A program made the position numbers and the translations under genes. From assembly GCA_964633905.1 (NCBI GenBank), contig CAZWIT010000005.1:26610-90609 (forward strand): a stretch of DNA of 64,000 nt. Reading direction: 5' to 3'. The notes below the pieces were generated by a model. It did no database searches. It was not told where the DNA came from and saw nothing but the letters and a program-made list of their open reading frames with translations. This DNA is from an uncultured Gammaproteobacteria bacterium. GTDB taxonomy: Bacteria; Patescibacteriota; Patescibacteriia; UBA1558; GWA2-36-10. Positions 47,706 to 56,815 of this stretch are shown here, in pieces (within the stretch, counting starts at the first letter, position 1; every line of letters starts with the position of its first letter).

Positions 47706-47759
47706 TTATTTATAGCAGGCTTGGATTAACACGGGCAGTTTGCTAAACGAGGAAAAAAT

Positions 47760-48776
47760 ATGGCAACAGATAAAAAAGTAAAACACAATTTTGATCGGGC
47801 AACCACTGAAGCGATAGAGCAAATCCGTAGCCGTTTTGGTGATGGGGCAATTATGAGCTTAGGCGATGCTAAGGCTATGAATGTTGAGGCGGTCAGCACC
47901 GGCTGTTTGTCTCTTGATTTAGCGCTTGGTGTTGGCGGTGTGCCCAAGGGTAGAGTTATAGAAATTTATGGGCCAGAGTCTTCAGGCAAAACAACTCTCG
48001 CTCAGCACATTGTAGCCGAAGCACAGCGTCAAGGCGGCATTGCTGCTTTTGTAGATGCAGAACACGCTTTGGATCCAGATTATGCTCGTCGCATTGGTGT
48101 TAATATTGACGAATTATTAATTTCACAACCAGACACTGGCGAACAAGCTTTAGAAATAGTAGAAACTTTAGTACGCTCAAATAGTGTTAGTGTAATTGTG
48201 GTTGACTCAGTTGCAGCTTTAGTGCCGAAGGCAGAGATAGAGGGCGACATGGGTGATTCACACATGGGTTTGCAGGCAAGATTAATGAGTCAAGCTTTAC
48301 GAAAACTTGCTGGCATTGTTCATAAGAGTAATACGATAGTTATTTTTATTAATCAGATTCGCATGAAGATTGGTGTATTTTTTGGTAATCCAGAAACTAC
48401 ACCTGGTGGTAATGCTTTAAAATTTTATTCATCAGTACGTATTGAAGTTAGACGCTCAGCTCAGATTAAACAAGGAGAAAAAATTATTGGTAATCAGGTA
48501 AAGGCTAAAATCGTTAAAAATAAAGTGGCCGCTCCTTTTAAAACAGCTACCTTTGATATTATGTATAATGAGGGCATTTCCGTTGCAGCTGATGCTATTG
48601 ATACTGGTCTTGCCCTAGGCGTTGTTACTAAAGCTGGTAACTCCTATTCTTGTGGTGATACAAAACTAGGAGTCGGTAGAGAAAATGCTAAAAATTATCT
48701 AAAAGAAAATCCAGAGCTTCTAGACAAGATAAAAAAAGATGTATGGACAAGCTATAAATCTCAAGAAATAGAATAG
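47760..48776 (+). CDS. recA: Recombinase RecA
   Basis: Walker [10 protein letters not shown], the loops L1/L2, and high overall conservation; 338 aa. Confidence 0.95.
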   Translation: MATDKKVKHNFDRATTEAIEQIRSRFGDGAIMSLGDAKAMNVEAVSTGCLSLDLALGVGGVPKGRVIEIYGPESSGKTTLAQHIVAEAQRQGGIAAFVDAEHALDPDYARRIGVNIDELLISQPDTGEQALEIVETLVRSNSVSVIVVDSVAALVPKAEIEGDMGDSHMGLQARLMSQALRKLAGIVHKSNTIVIFINQIRMKIGVFFGNPETTPGGNALKFYSSVRIEVRRSAQIKQGEKIIGNQVKAKIVKNKVAAPFKTATFDIMYNEGISVAADAIDTGLALGVVTKAGNSYSCGDTKLGVGRENAKNYLKENPELLDKIKKDVWTSYKSQEIE

Positions 48777-48789
48777 AATATATGAAACA

Positions 48790-48830
48790 ATCTCGAACAT
48801 TCGGGATTGTTTTTTTTATGGCTGCTTAGT
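48790..48830 (+). terminator. Intrinsic terminator after recA
   Basis: ACAATCTCG-aacatt-CGGGATTGT hairpin followed by TTTTTTTTAT. Confidence 0.5.
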
Positions 48831-48841
48831 ATAATAGCCCT

Positions 48842-50275
48842 ATGTCGCAAGCCCATAAAATTTTCACCAATACTGTCTGGCAAATAGTTATTCGCTTTTT
48901 TGACGTTGTTTTAGGAGTAGTTAATCTTGGTCTGATTGCTCGCCTTTTGGGCACAACTCAATTTGGCTACTATACTACTATTTTTGTCTTTTTGCAGACA
49001 ATAGTTACCATTGCCGATTTTGGTTTATTTTTAGCCTTGCTTAATGAAATTTCAAGCACTGACGATAAACAGCTAGAGGCCAAAAGGCTTAATAATATTT
49101 TTACTATTCGGGTAGTTTCTATTTTATTATTTTTAGCCTTGTCGCCACTGCTTATCAAAGCATTTCCTTTTAGTAGTTTTGTTAAGGGAGGGGTAGTATT
49201 TTTGTTAGGAGCTTATTTTTGGCAGAGTCTGATATCTACCTTGACTGCTGTTTTTTCAAAATATTTAGATATGGCTAAAGCTACTTTAGTTTATGTCGTG
49301 GCTAAGGCTATTTATTTCTTTTGTTTGTTATATTTATTTTTTAATCATGGCACCCTGAATCAGATTTTGCTTTGGAATTCGATTAGTACTGGCTTTGGTT
49401 TTTTATTACTGTATATTTTTTTAAGGCGCTATCAAAAATTAAGGCTAGCCTGGGATTTTGTTTATTGGCGACATGTTTTTAAAATTGCTTGGCCACTGGC
49501 CATTGGTGTGGTTTTGAATCTATTATATTTTAAAGCTGATACTTTAATTTTGTCAGCTTATCATTCGGCTGATAAGGTTGGTTTATATGGTGCGGCTTAT
49601 AAAGTGCTAGAGGTTTTGACAACTTTCCCGCATATGTTTATGAGTTTGATTTTACCATTATTTACATTGGCTTGGGCTAAGCAGGATTTTAAAAAATTAA
49701 ATCAAATTGAGCAAAATACTTACGATTTTTTTGCTATTATTAATATTTGGGTAGTTTTAGTGGTTTGGTTGGCAAGTAAGCCGATTATGATTTTATTGAC
49801 TGGGCAAGAATTTGTTTTGGCTGGCTCTATTTTAAACGTGCTTATTTTAGCAGTCGTAGCTATATTCTTTGGTACCATGTTCACTTATTTAGTAGTGGCT
49901 ATGGGTTTGCAAAGAGCTATGGTTAAATATTATTTACTGGCAGCTATTCTTGGCTTGGGGGCTTATTTTATTTTTATACCAAAATATTATTATTGGGCAG
50001 CAGCTATTATCACGGTTTTAATTGAGGGCTTAATTTGGTTTTGGGCTTGGCGCTTAGTAAGTAAAAAAATTAAAATTAAATTAAGTAATCTAGTATTAGG
50101 ACGCAGTCTACTGTCGGCTTTGGTTGTTTTTTTATTTTTTTATAAATTTAGATTTTTGCCAGTTGTTTTGTTGGTAGTCCTAGCCAGTCTTAGTTATTTT
50201 GTTTTATTATTTTTATTTAAAGCAGTTGATAAAAATAAAATTAGGCTTATCTTAGGAAAGGATAAATATGTTTAA
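48842..50275 (+). CDS. Polysaccharide/oligosaccharide flippase (Wzx-like, MOP superfamily)
   Basis: 477 aa with about 12-14 TM segments. The N-terminal region is typical of the polysaccharide biosynthesis protein family. The gene overlaps the next gene by 8 nt. Confidence 0.6.
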   Translation: MSQAHKIFTNTVWQIVIRFFDVVLGVVNLGLIARLLGTTQFGYYTTIFVFLQTIVTIADFGLFLALLNEISSTDDKQLEAKRLNNIFTIRVVSILLFLALSPLLIKAFPFSSFVKGGVVFLLGAYFWQSLISTLTAVFSKYLDMAKATLVYVVAKAIYFFCLLYLFFNHGTLNQILLWNSISTGFGFLLLYIFLRRYQKLRLAWDFVYWRHVFKIAWPLAIGVVLNLLYFKADTLILSAYHSADKVGLYGAAYKVLEVLTTFPHMFMSLILPLFTLAWAKQDFKKLNQIEQNTYDFFAIINIWVVLVVWLASKPIMILLTGQEFVLAGSILNVLILAVVAIFFGTMFTYLVVAMGLQRAMVKYYLLAAILGLGAYFIFIPKYYYWAAAIITVLIEGLIWFWAWRLVSKKIKIKLSNLVLGRSLLSALVVFLFFYKFRFLPVVLLVVLASLSYFVLLFLFKAVDKNKIRLILGKDKYV

Positions 50276-51578
50276 TATTATTTTAGGTTTTATTGCACAA
50301 TTAGGTTTTATTAGTATAAGTTGGCGTAAACCAATTTATGGTTTGTGTTTAATTATTATTTTATTGCCAAGTTATCTGTGGCGTTTTGACCTAGTTGGTT
50401 TGCCTACAACTTTTTTAGAAATAATAATTTGGTGGTTACTTATTATTTGGTTAATTAAAGAGCAACGTTGGCAAAGAATAAATTGGCTTTTTAACAAGTC
50501 AACTGAAAATTTAGTACCAAAAATTTGGCGTTATTTAATTTCAGCTTGGTTAATTATTAGTATTATTGCCTGTCTGCATAATCCAAGTTTAACAGCCTTA
50601 GGTTTATGGAGAGCTTATTTTTTAGAGCCAATTTTATTTTTTATTATATTTATTTATTTAATAAAAGATCAGACAGATCTAAAGCTAGTTATCAAATCCT
50701 TAGGTTTATTATTGTTTGGCTTATTTATAGTAGCTATTTATCAAAATTTTAGTGCTTGGAATTTGCCTTTAGCTTACGACCTTCCTAATGTGAGGCGTTT
50801 AACAGCGGTATTTTCTTATCCTAACGCTCTAAGTCTTTTAGTGGCGCCCATAACCGCCTTTTTTGCAGGTTTATACTTAGTACAGCGTCGACATAATTAT
50901 TTATATTTAACCTTATTTTTTGTAGGTTTTTTACTAATTTGGTGGACAGTAAGCCAAGGCGCAATAGCCGGGGTTATTTTTAGCATTATGGTTTATGGCT
51001 TTTATTTGATTAATAAATTTTTGCAAAGTCGTTATAGCTTTAGAACTAGGGGCGTAGTTTATACTTTTATTTTATTAGTTTTATTGGTTTTTTGGCTTAA
51101 GCATCCCCTGGCCTTAAAGTTTCAACAAGAATTATTCCAGCCAGAATTAAATTTAGCAGCCAGTTCTTTAGAAATTCGCAGTAATCAATGGCAGGAAACA
51201 TTGCTAATGTTAAGAGATCATTGGTGGTCCGGAGCAGGATTAGCTGCTTATCAAATAAACATGATTCCTTATCATCACCTAGATTGGTTAGAAATATATT
51301 TATATCCTCATAATTTATTTTTAAATTTTTGGAGTGAATTAGGTCTCTTGGGATTATTATGTTTTTTGGCTATTTTATTTTTTATAGCACGCGAATTTAA
51401 ATTTTTATTTGAAAATAAACAAGTCTTAGCTTGGCCGCTACTGCTAATGTGGCTTACTTGGTTTGTTCAGGGCTTGGTGGACGTGCCATATTTTAAAAAC
51501 GATTTGAGTATTTTATTTTTCATACAATTAGGCTTTTTACTTGTTAGTAAAAGACTAAATAATAGATTTACACTTTAG
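50268..51578 (+). CDS. O-antigen ligase (Wzy_C/WaaL/PglL) family membrane protein
   Basis: Polytopic protein with an extracytoplasmic loop carrying the family motif ...WWSGAGLAAY...HHLDWLEIYLYPHNLFLNFWSELGLLG (H-N-x-(F/Y)-L-x3-E-x-G-x2-G). Confidence 0.6.
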   Translation: MFNIILGFIAQLGFISISWRKPIYGLCLIIILLPSYLWRFDLVGLPTTFLEIIIWWLLIIWLIKEQRWQRINWLFNKSTENLVPKIWRYLISAWLIISIIACLHNPSLTALGLWRAYFLEPILFFIIFIYLIKDQTDLKLVIKSLGLLLFGLFIVAIYQNFSAWNLPLAYDLPNVRRLTAVFSYPNALSLLVAPITAFFAGLYLVQRRHNYLYLTLFFVGFLLIWWTVSQGAIAGVIFSIMVYGFYLINKFLQSRYSFRTRGVVYTFILLVLLVFWLKHPLALKFQQELFQPELNLAASSLEIRSNQWQETLLMLRDHWWSGAGLAAYQINMIPYHHLDWLEIYLYPHNLFLNFWSELGLLGLLCFLAILFFIAREFKFLFENKQVLAWPLLLMWLTWFVQGLVDVPYFKNDLSILFFIQLGFLLVSKRLNNRFTL

Positions 51579-51670
51579 TTAAATTTTAGTATAATATAGT
51601 TAATACTATTATAAATTTACAAGCTTTAAGCGGCTATAAAAGTATTTAGTTTAAATTATTATAATTAATA

Positions 51671-52549
51671 ATGTTGATCTCTAAAAAGGTAAGTAAAATT
51701 CGTAAGGCAATTGTGGCTGTTGCTGGTTCCGGAACTAGGTTGTTACCAGCTACCAAAAGCATGCCTAAAGAAATGTTGCCTATAGTTGATAAACCGGTAA
51801 TTCAGTTAGTAGTAGAAGAATTAGTATCAGCTGGCATTGAAGATATTATTTTAGTAACCAAGTGGGATAAAAAACCACTAGAAGATCACTTTGATCATTC
51901 TTGGGCTTTAGAGAGTGAACTTGCTAAAGCTGGTAAAAAAGAGAAGTTAAGGGAGATTCAAAAGATCTCAGAGATGGCTAATTTTATCTATATCAGACAA
52001 AAAGGTCCTTATGGTAATGGCACACCGGTGCTTTCGGCTGCCAGCCTGGTAGATGATGAGCCGTTTATGTATGTTTGGGGAGATGATTTAGTAAAATCCA
52101 AAATACCATTTGCCAAACAAATGATTGATGAATATTATAAAACAGGTCATTTGATGATAGGTGTGCAAGAAGTAGATCGTAAACAGGTGGATAGATATGG
52201 CATTGTCAGTATTAAAGATAAAAAGACAATGCAGATTGATGACATTGTAGAAAAGCCAAGTGTCAAAACAGCCCCTTCTTGTTTAGCTGATTTTGGTAGG
52301 ATGATTTTGAATCAAGAAATTATTGATATTTTAAAAAAGACACGCTTAGGCAAAGGTAACGAACTTTGGATAGTTGATGCTATTAGGAGCTATATTAAAG
52401 CAGGGGGTAAATTTTATGCCAAAGAGATAAAAGATGGTAAGTGGCTCACTACTGGTGATTCCTTGAATTTATTAAAAACAACTCTAGAGTATGCTTGGGA
52501 TAGAAAAGAGTTGAAGGATTTTTTACAAAATTATTTAAAAAATAAATAG
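51671..52549 (+). CDS. galU: UTP--glucose-1-phosphate uridylyltransferase
   Basis: N-terminal AIVAVAGSGTRLLPATKSMPKEMLPIVDKPVIQ matches the GalU nucleotide-binding signature. Confidence 0.8.
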   Translation: MLISKKVSKIRKAIVAVAGSGTRLLPATKSMPKEMLPIVDKPVIQLVVEELVSAGIEDIILVTKWDKKPLEDHFDHSWALESELAKAGKKEKLREIQKISEMANFIYIRQKGPYGNGTPVLSAASLVDDEPFMYVWGDDLVKSKIPFAKQMIDEYYKTGHLMIGVQEVDRKQVDRYGIVSIKDKKTMQIDDIVEKPSVKTAPSCLADFGRMILNQEIIDILKKTRLGKGNELWIVDAIRSYIKAGGKFYAKEIKDGKWLTTGDSLNLLKTTLEYAWDRKELKDFLQNYLKNK

Positions 52550-52553
52550 AAAA

Positions 52554-53927
52554 ATGGCTAGGTTAAAAATTTTTACACTTGGTATTTTAGGCATCTTTAT
52601 GATGACCACTGGTTTTGGTTGTAAAGGTATCCAAGGTTGTAGTATCAAAAAGCCACCAGAAGCTCAGCCTGTTACTTTAGAATACTGGGGTGTATGGGAC
52701 AGTCCAGATCAGATAGCTCCTCTAATCGGCGCTTATCATTCTACTCATCCCACTATTAATATTAATTATCGACAATTACGCTACGAAGAATACGAGCGCA
52801 AGCTACTTGAAGCTTGGGCTGATGATAGAGGGCCAGACGTTATGGCTATACCAGTTAGTTGGTTAAATCGTTATAAGGATAGATTAACACCGCTGCCAGC
52901 AGTGATGTCGATACCAGTAAAGGAAGTTACTGGCACTATTAAAAAGGAAACAATCACTTCTTTACAGGAGATAAATGGCTTGTCGATTGGTGATATTAAA
53001 TCAAAATATGTAGACGTTGTTTATAATAACGTTATTAAAGATAATAGTATTTATGCCTTGCCTTATTCTGTCGACACCCTGATTACTTTTTATAATCTAG
53101 ATTTGTTGGAGGCAGCCGGCATTCCACAACCAATGAATAATTTTTCAGAGCTAATAGATCAGGTGCCAAAATTAACTAAAGTTAGTGCTGATAATAAAAT
53201 ATATCAAGCTGGTGTAGCTTTGGGGGGCACTGATAATATCCCGCGTTATTTTGATATTATTTCTAATCTAATGTTGCAAACTAATGTAGAAGTCAAAGGT
53301 AGCAGCTTTAATCCTAATGCTAAAGCTGAATCAGCAGCTAATTTTGTTAGAGTTTTTGGTTTTTATACTGATTTTACTAGACCAGGATTAGCTAGCTATA
53401 GCTGGGACAGTAGTATGCCTAATGCTTTGGATATGTTTATGCAAGGTAATTTAGCTTATTTTTTTGGCTATAGTTATAATGCTGATGCTATTAGGGCAAA
53501 AGGAGTTTCGTTTGACTGGGGTATTACTAAATTTCCCCAGCCAGCCGGTGCCCAAGGCGATAAATATTATTCAGATTATTGGGTTAATGTGGTACCAAAA
53601 AAATCTAAAAATGTTAATGCTGCTTGGAATTTTGTACAAACAACAGCCAGTACTGATTTAGTAAAAGTTTATTTAGATACTAATAAGAGACCAACTGCTT
53701 TGCGCGCCTTGATCAATGAACAAAAAGCCAATCAAGATTTGGCAGTTTCTGCTAACCAAGTTTTAGCAGCTGATAATTGGTACGGTGGCTATGATTATAA
53801 TTTAGCGGAACAGTATTTCAAAAATTTTATTGATGGTATTCTAGATGGACAAATAGATATGAATAATAGAGAGCACACTAATCTTTTTATAGAACGAATT
53901 AATCAGACTTACTATAAACAACAATGA
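52554..53927 (+). CDS. Extracellular solute-binding lipoprotein (ABC-type sugar-binding family 1), orphan
   Basis: Signal peptide with lipobox TTGFGC. The SBP_bac_1-like sequence TLEYWGVWDSP... follows. No cognate permease or ATPase genes are adjacent. Confidence 0.55.
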   Translation: MARLKIFTLGILGIFMMTTGFGCKGIQGCSIKKPPEAQPVTLEYWGVWDSPDQIAPLIGAYHSTHPTININYRQLRYEEYERKLLEAWADDRGPDVMAIPVSWLNRYKDRLTPLPAVMSIPVKEVTGTIKKETITSLQEINGLSIGDIKSKYVDVVYNNVIKDNSIYALPYSVDTLITFYNLDLLEAAGIPQPMNNFSELIDQVPKLTKVSADNKIYQAGVALGGTDNIPRYFDIISNLMLQTNVEVKGSSFNPNAKAESAANFVRVFGFYTDFTRPGLASYSWDSSMPNALDMFMQGNLAYFFGYSYNADAIRAKGVSFDWGITKFPQPAGAQGDKYYSDYWVNVVPKKSKNVNAAWNFVQTTASTDLVKVYLDTNKRPTALRALINEQKANQDLAVSANQVLAADNWYGGYDYNLAEQYFKNFIDGILDGQIDMNNREHTNLFIERINQTYYKQQ

Positions 53928-54541
53928 TTAGGTTTTTATTTTTATTATTAATATTGATCTGGCCAGAAACAGGTAGAGCAGCTGGATTTTTGGATAGTGT
54001 AGCTTGTATAGAGGCTGGTAATTGCGATTTACCAGATGTTGTTACTGGCTTAGTCTATTTAATTAGATTAATGCTGGGTGGCATGGGCTCGGTAGCTTTA
54101 ATCTATTTAGTAATCGGTGGTTTGCAGTGGTTAACCAGCTCCGGTAGCCCTGATAAGGTAAAGAAGGGTAAGGATATTATAATGAATACAATTTTTGCTT
54201 TAGCCTTGGCTTTCAGTAGTTATGTTGTTTTGGATCTTTTTGTTAATAAAATTTTAGCAGTTAAGCCAGAATACAGCGGTGTTAAAACCGCTCCAGTTGG
54301 GCGTTGCGGTGTTGATGTGCGAGCCGAAGGTTTAGCCTGTGAGCTTCCTACTAAAAATAAAGTTTGTTATAAGGGACAGTGTAAAATTGAGTGTGATATT
54401 CGAAAAGAAGAGTCTGGTGAAAATTGGCACTGTGCCATAATAGATCTTAATGATCCGACTAGTCCTTATTCTGAGGCAAATGGTAATTTAATAACTGGCT
54501 TGTGTCCAGATCCAATTAATAATGTCTGTATTAAAGATTAA
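53924..54541 (+). CDS. TrbC/VirB2-like pilin paralog 1 with C-terminal Cys-rich (10 Cys) extension
   Basis: Signal peptide, then a hydrophobic hairpin core LGGMGSVALIYLVIGGLQWLTSSGSPDKVKKGKDI...ALALAFSSYVVLDL shared with the five downstream paralogs. A C-terminal 80 aa carries 10 Cys. The gene overlaps the upstream gene by ATGA. Confidence 0.6.
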   Translation: MIRFLFLLLILIWPETGRAAGFLDSVACIEAGNCDLPDVVTGLVYLIRLMLGGMGSVALIYLVIGGLQWLTSSGSPDKVKKGKDIIMNTIFALALAFSSYVVLDLFVNKILAVKPEYSGVKTAPVGRCGVDVRAEGLACELPTKNKVCYKGQCKIECDIRKEESGENWHCAIIDLNDPTSPYSEANGNLITGLCPDPINNVCIKD

Positions 54542-54550
54542 TATTTATTT

Positions 54551-54904
54551 ATGAAAAAGATTTTAAAATTTTTACCAACATTTTTATTATTATTACCATC
54601 ATTAGTTTTAGCTGCTGAAGATCCTGCCCCAAATACAAATTCAACTATTCCTTTGGACAATCCTTTGGGTGCCAGTGATGTTGGCGGTTTTATAGGCAAT
54701 GCCATTAATGGCGTCCTAGGTGTAGTTGGCGCCTTATCTTTATTTTATTTTGTTTTAGGCGGCTTGACTTGGATGACATCTCAAGGTAGTCAAGAAAAAG
54801 TAAAAAGGGGTAAAGAGACCTTAATTTGGGCTACTTTTGGTTTAGCTATGATATTTTTTAGTTATGCCTTAGTTAATTTTGTCTTAAAAAAATTGGTTAG
54901 TTGA
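54551..54904 (+). CDS. TrbC/VirB2-like pilin paralog 2
   Basis: Signal peptide, then the core LGVVGALSLFYFVLGGLTWMTSQGSQEKVKRGKETL...FGLAMIFFSYALVNF. Confidence 0.6.
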   Translation: MKKILKFLPTFLLLLPSLVLAAEDPAPNTNSTIPLDNPLGASDVGGFIGNAINGVLGVVGALSLFYFVLGGLTWMTSQGSQEKVKRGKETLIWATFGLAMIFFSYALVNFVLKKLVS

Positions 54905-54913
54905 TAACTTTAC

Positions 54914-54942
54914 TTGAAAGAAATACACTTTTGTTGTATAAT
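54914..54942 (+). promoter_or_regulatory. Sigma70-like promoter upstream of pilin paralog 3
   Basis: TTGAAA (54914-54919), a 17-nt spacer, and TATAAT (54937-54942). A strong RBS AAGAAGGGGGGTG precedes the ATG at 55027. Confidence 0.45.
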
Positions 54943-55026
54943 TTTAAGTGGATAATAGTTCATATAGTCAATATTTTGTTTAATTATTATTTATTATTAA
55001 AATAATAAAAGAAGGGGGGTGAAACA

Positions 55027-55401
55027 ATGAAAAAATTATTAGCCTTTTTATTGTTGTTAGGACCAGCTTTAGCAGCCAGTCCAGCTTCAGCCACTGCTAC
55101 CATAAATGATTTTGGTGTCAACCAAATGAGAAATTTATCAACTTTCTCTACCAGAAGCGTTTATGATACTATTGCCGGTATTATTAACATCATTTTAGGA
55201 TTTTTAGGTACCATTGCCGTGTTGTTATTCTTATTTGGAGGTTTCAAGTGGGTAACTTCACAAGGTGAGTCTAATAAGATTGACGAAGCTAAGAAATTAA
55301 TGGGTGCTGCTGTTGTAGGTATTGCCATTATCTTTGCCTCATACGCCGTATCTCAATTTATTATTTCTCAACTTTATCAGAATACAATCCAAGGCGGTTA
55401 G
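55027..55401 (+). CDS. TrbC/VirB2-like pilin paralog 3
   Basis: Signal peptide, then FGVNQMRNLSTFSTRSVYDTI, then the core ILGFLGTIAVLLFLFGGFKWVTSQGESNKIDEAKKLMGAAVVGIAIIFASYAVSQF. Confidence 0.65.
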   Translation: MKKLLAFLLLLGPALAASPASATATINDFGVNQMRNLSTFSTRSVYDTIAGIINIILGFLGTIAVLLFLFGGFKWVTSQGESNKIDEAKKLMGAAVVGIAIIFASYAVSQFIISQLYQNTIQGG

Positions 55402-55498
55402 TATTTATTTTAATTTTCATAGACCTTATAGTCTAGACTATAGCAGCCCAAATTTTGGGCTGCTGAGGCGTGGACTTTATCAACCTTTATAGAAGCTT

Positions 55499-55858
55499 GT
55501 GAGAATAGTATTTGTTTTTGTACTATTATTAATGCCAAAGATGGTTTTGGCTACTGATATTAGCTCTTTTGGTGTGAATCAAATGAGAAATTTATCCACG
55601 TATTCTACGAGAAGTGTTTATGACACTATCTCTGGCATAGTTAACATTATTTTAGGATTTTTAGGTACCATTGCCCTGTTATTAATCTTATTTGCTGGAT
55701 TTTTATGGCTAACTTCTCAAGGGGATTCTGCTAAGATTGATCAAGCTAAAAAATTAATAGGCGCGGCAGTGGCTATGATGGTGGTTGTCTTTTCTTCTTA
55801 TGCCATAGCTCAATTTATAATTACCCAGCTTTATCAGAATACAATCCAAGGCGGGTAG
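55499..55858 (+). CDS. TrbC/VirB2-like pilin paralog 4 (GTG start)
   Basis: Same layout as paralog 3 but more divergent at the nucleotide level (core ILGFLGTIALLLILFAGFLWLTSQGDSAKIDQAKKLIG...). Confidence 0.55.
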   Translation: MRIVFVFVLLLMPKMVLATDISSFGVNQMRNLSTYSTRSVYDTISGIVNIILGFLGTIALLLILFAGFLWLTSQGDSAKIDQAKKLIGAAVAMMVVVFSSYAIAQFIITQLYQNTIQGG

Positions 55859-55921
55859 TATTTTTAACTAGTAATTATTAATTATATTAATTATTTATCA
55901 TATAATATATAAAAGAATTTT

Positions 55922-56284
55922 ATGAAAAAAGCATTAGTATTTTTTTTGTTATTAGCACCAAGTATGGCTTCAGCTACGGCTAGTCTCAATGATTTTGGTG
56001 TTAATCAAATGAGAAATCTATCTACTTTTTCTACGAGAAATGTTTATGATACTATTTCTGGTATTGTTAACATTATTTTAGGATTTTTAGGTACCATTGC
56101 CGTGTTGTTATTCTTATTTGGAGGTTTCAAGTGGGTAACTTCACAAGGTGAGTCTAATAAGATTGACGAAGCTAAGAAATTAATGGGTGCTGCTGTTGTA
56201 GGTATTGCCATTATCTTTGCCTCATACGCCGTGTCTCAATTTATTATTTCCAAGCTTTACGAGAATACAATCCAAGGTGGTTAG
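55922..56284 (+). CDS. TrbC/VirB2-like pilin paralog 5 (3' half near-identical to paralog 3)
   Basis: The core and C-terminus are nearly identical to paralog 3 at the DNA level. The N-terminal mature region is a diverged FGVNQMRNLSTFSTRNVYDTI. Confidence 0.65.
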   Translation: MKKALVFFLLLAPSMASATASLNDFGVNQMRNLSTFSTRNVYDTISGIVNIILGFLGTIAVLLFLFGGFKWVTSQGESNKIDEAKKLMGAAVVGIAIIFASYAVSQFIISKLYENTIQGG

Positions 56285-56348
56285 TATTCTTTATAATTTT
56301 GGCTTTGTTAAAATAAGTGTGGACTTTATGAATAATTATTTTATAGCT

Positions 56349-56744
56349 ATGCGTAAATATTTTATTTTAGCCTTGTTGGGCTTTTTACTATTGCCACACA
56401 TCTCATTTGCCTTGACTGATCCGATGAGCAGTTTAGAGGAGGCTGGTAGGCGGTCTGGTTTAAATACTAACTTATCAGCAACTGATATTATTGCCCGCAC
56501 TATTAATGCAATTTTAGGTTTGGTTGGCTCGGTTTTTGTGGTTTTGATTATTTGGTCTGGTTTTCGTTGGATGACTTCAGCTGGTAATACTGATCAGATT
56601 AAAAAAGCCAAAGAAACCATGATTAATTCAGTAATTGGTTTAGCTATTATTGTTGCTTCTTATGTTATTAGCTACACTATTTTAACAGTTTTAGTTGAAG
56701 GCAGGTTGCCCGGTGGTGGTGGCGGTATGGGTGGTACTCCTTAA
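56349..56744 (+). CDS. TrbC/VirB2-like pilin paralog 6 with Gly-rich C-terminal tail
   Basis: The start is placed at MRKYFILALLGFLLLPHISFA (a signal peptide); an alternative ATG lies at 56328. The core is ILGLVGSVFVVLIIWSGFRWMTSAGNTDQIKKAKETM...GLAIIVASYVISY. The tail is GGGGGMGGTP. Confidence 0.55.
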   Translation: MRKYFILALLGFLLLPHISFALTDPMSSLEEAGRRSGLNTNLSATDIIARTINAILGLVGSVFVVLIIWSGFRWMTSAGNTDQIKKAKETMINSVIGLAIIVASYVISYTILTVLVEGRLPGGGGGMGGTP

Positions 56745-56764
56745 TAAAATTTAATTTAAAAAAA

Positions 56765-56802
56765 CGCCCCGGTCTCACACGCGTGAGACCGGGGCTTTTG
56801 TT
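56765..56802. terminator. Strong bidirectional intrinsic terminator between the pilin array and the high-GC lipoprotein gene
   Basis: Perfect 13-bp stem GCCCCGGTCTCAC-acgc-GTGAGACCGGGGC flanked by A7 upstream and TTTTGTTT downstream. Confidence 0.65.
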
Positions 56803-56815
56803 TAGCGCTGAGTTA

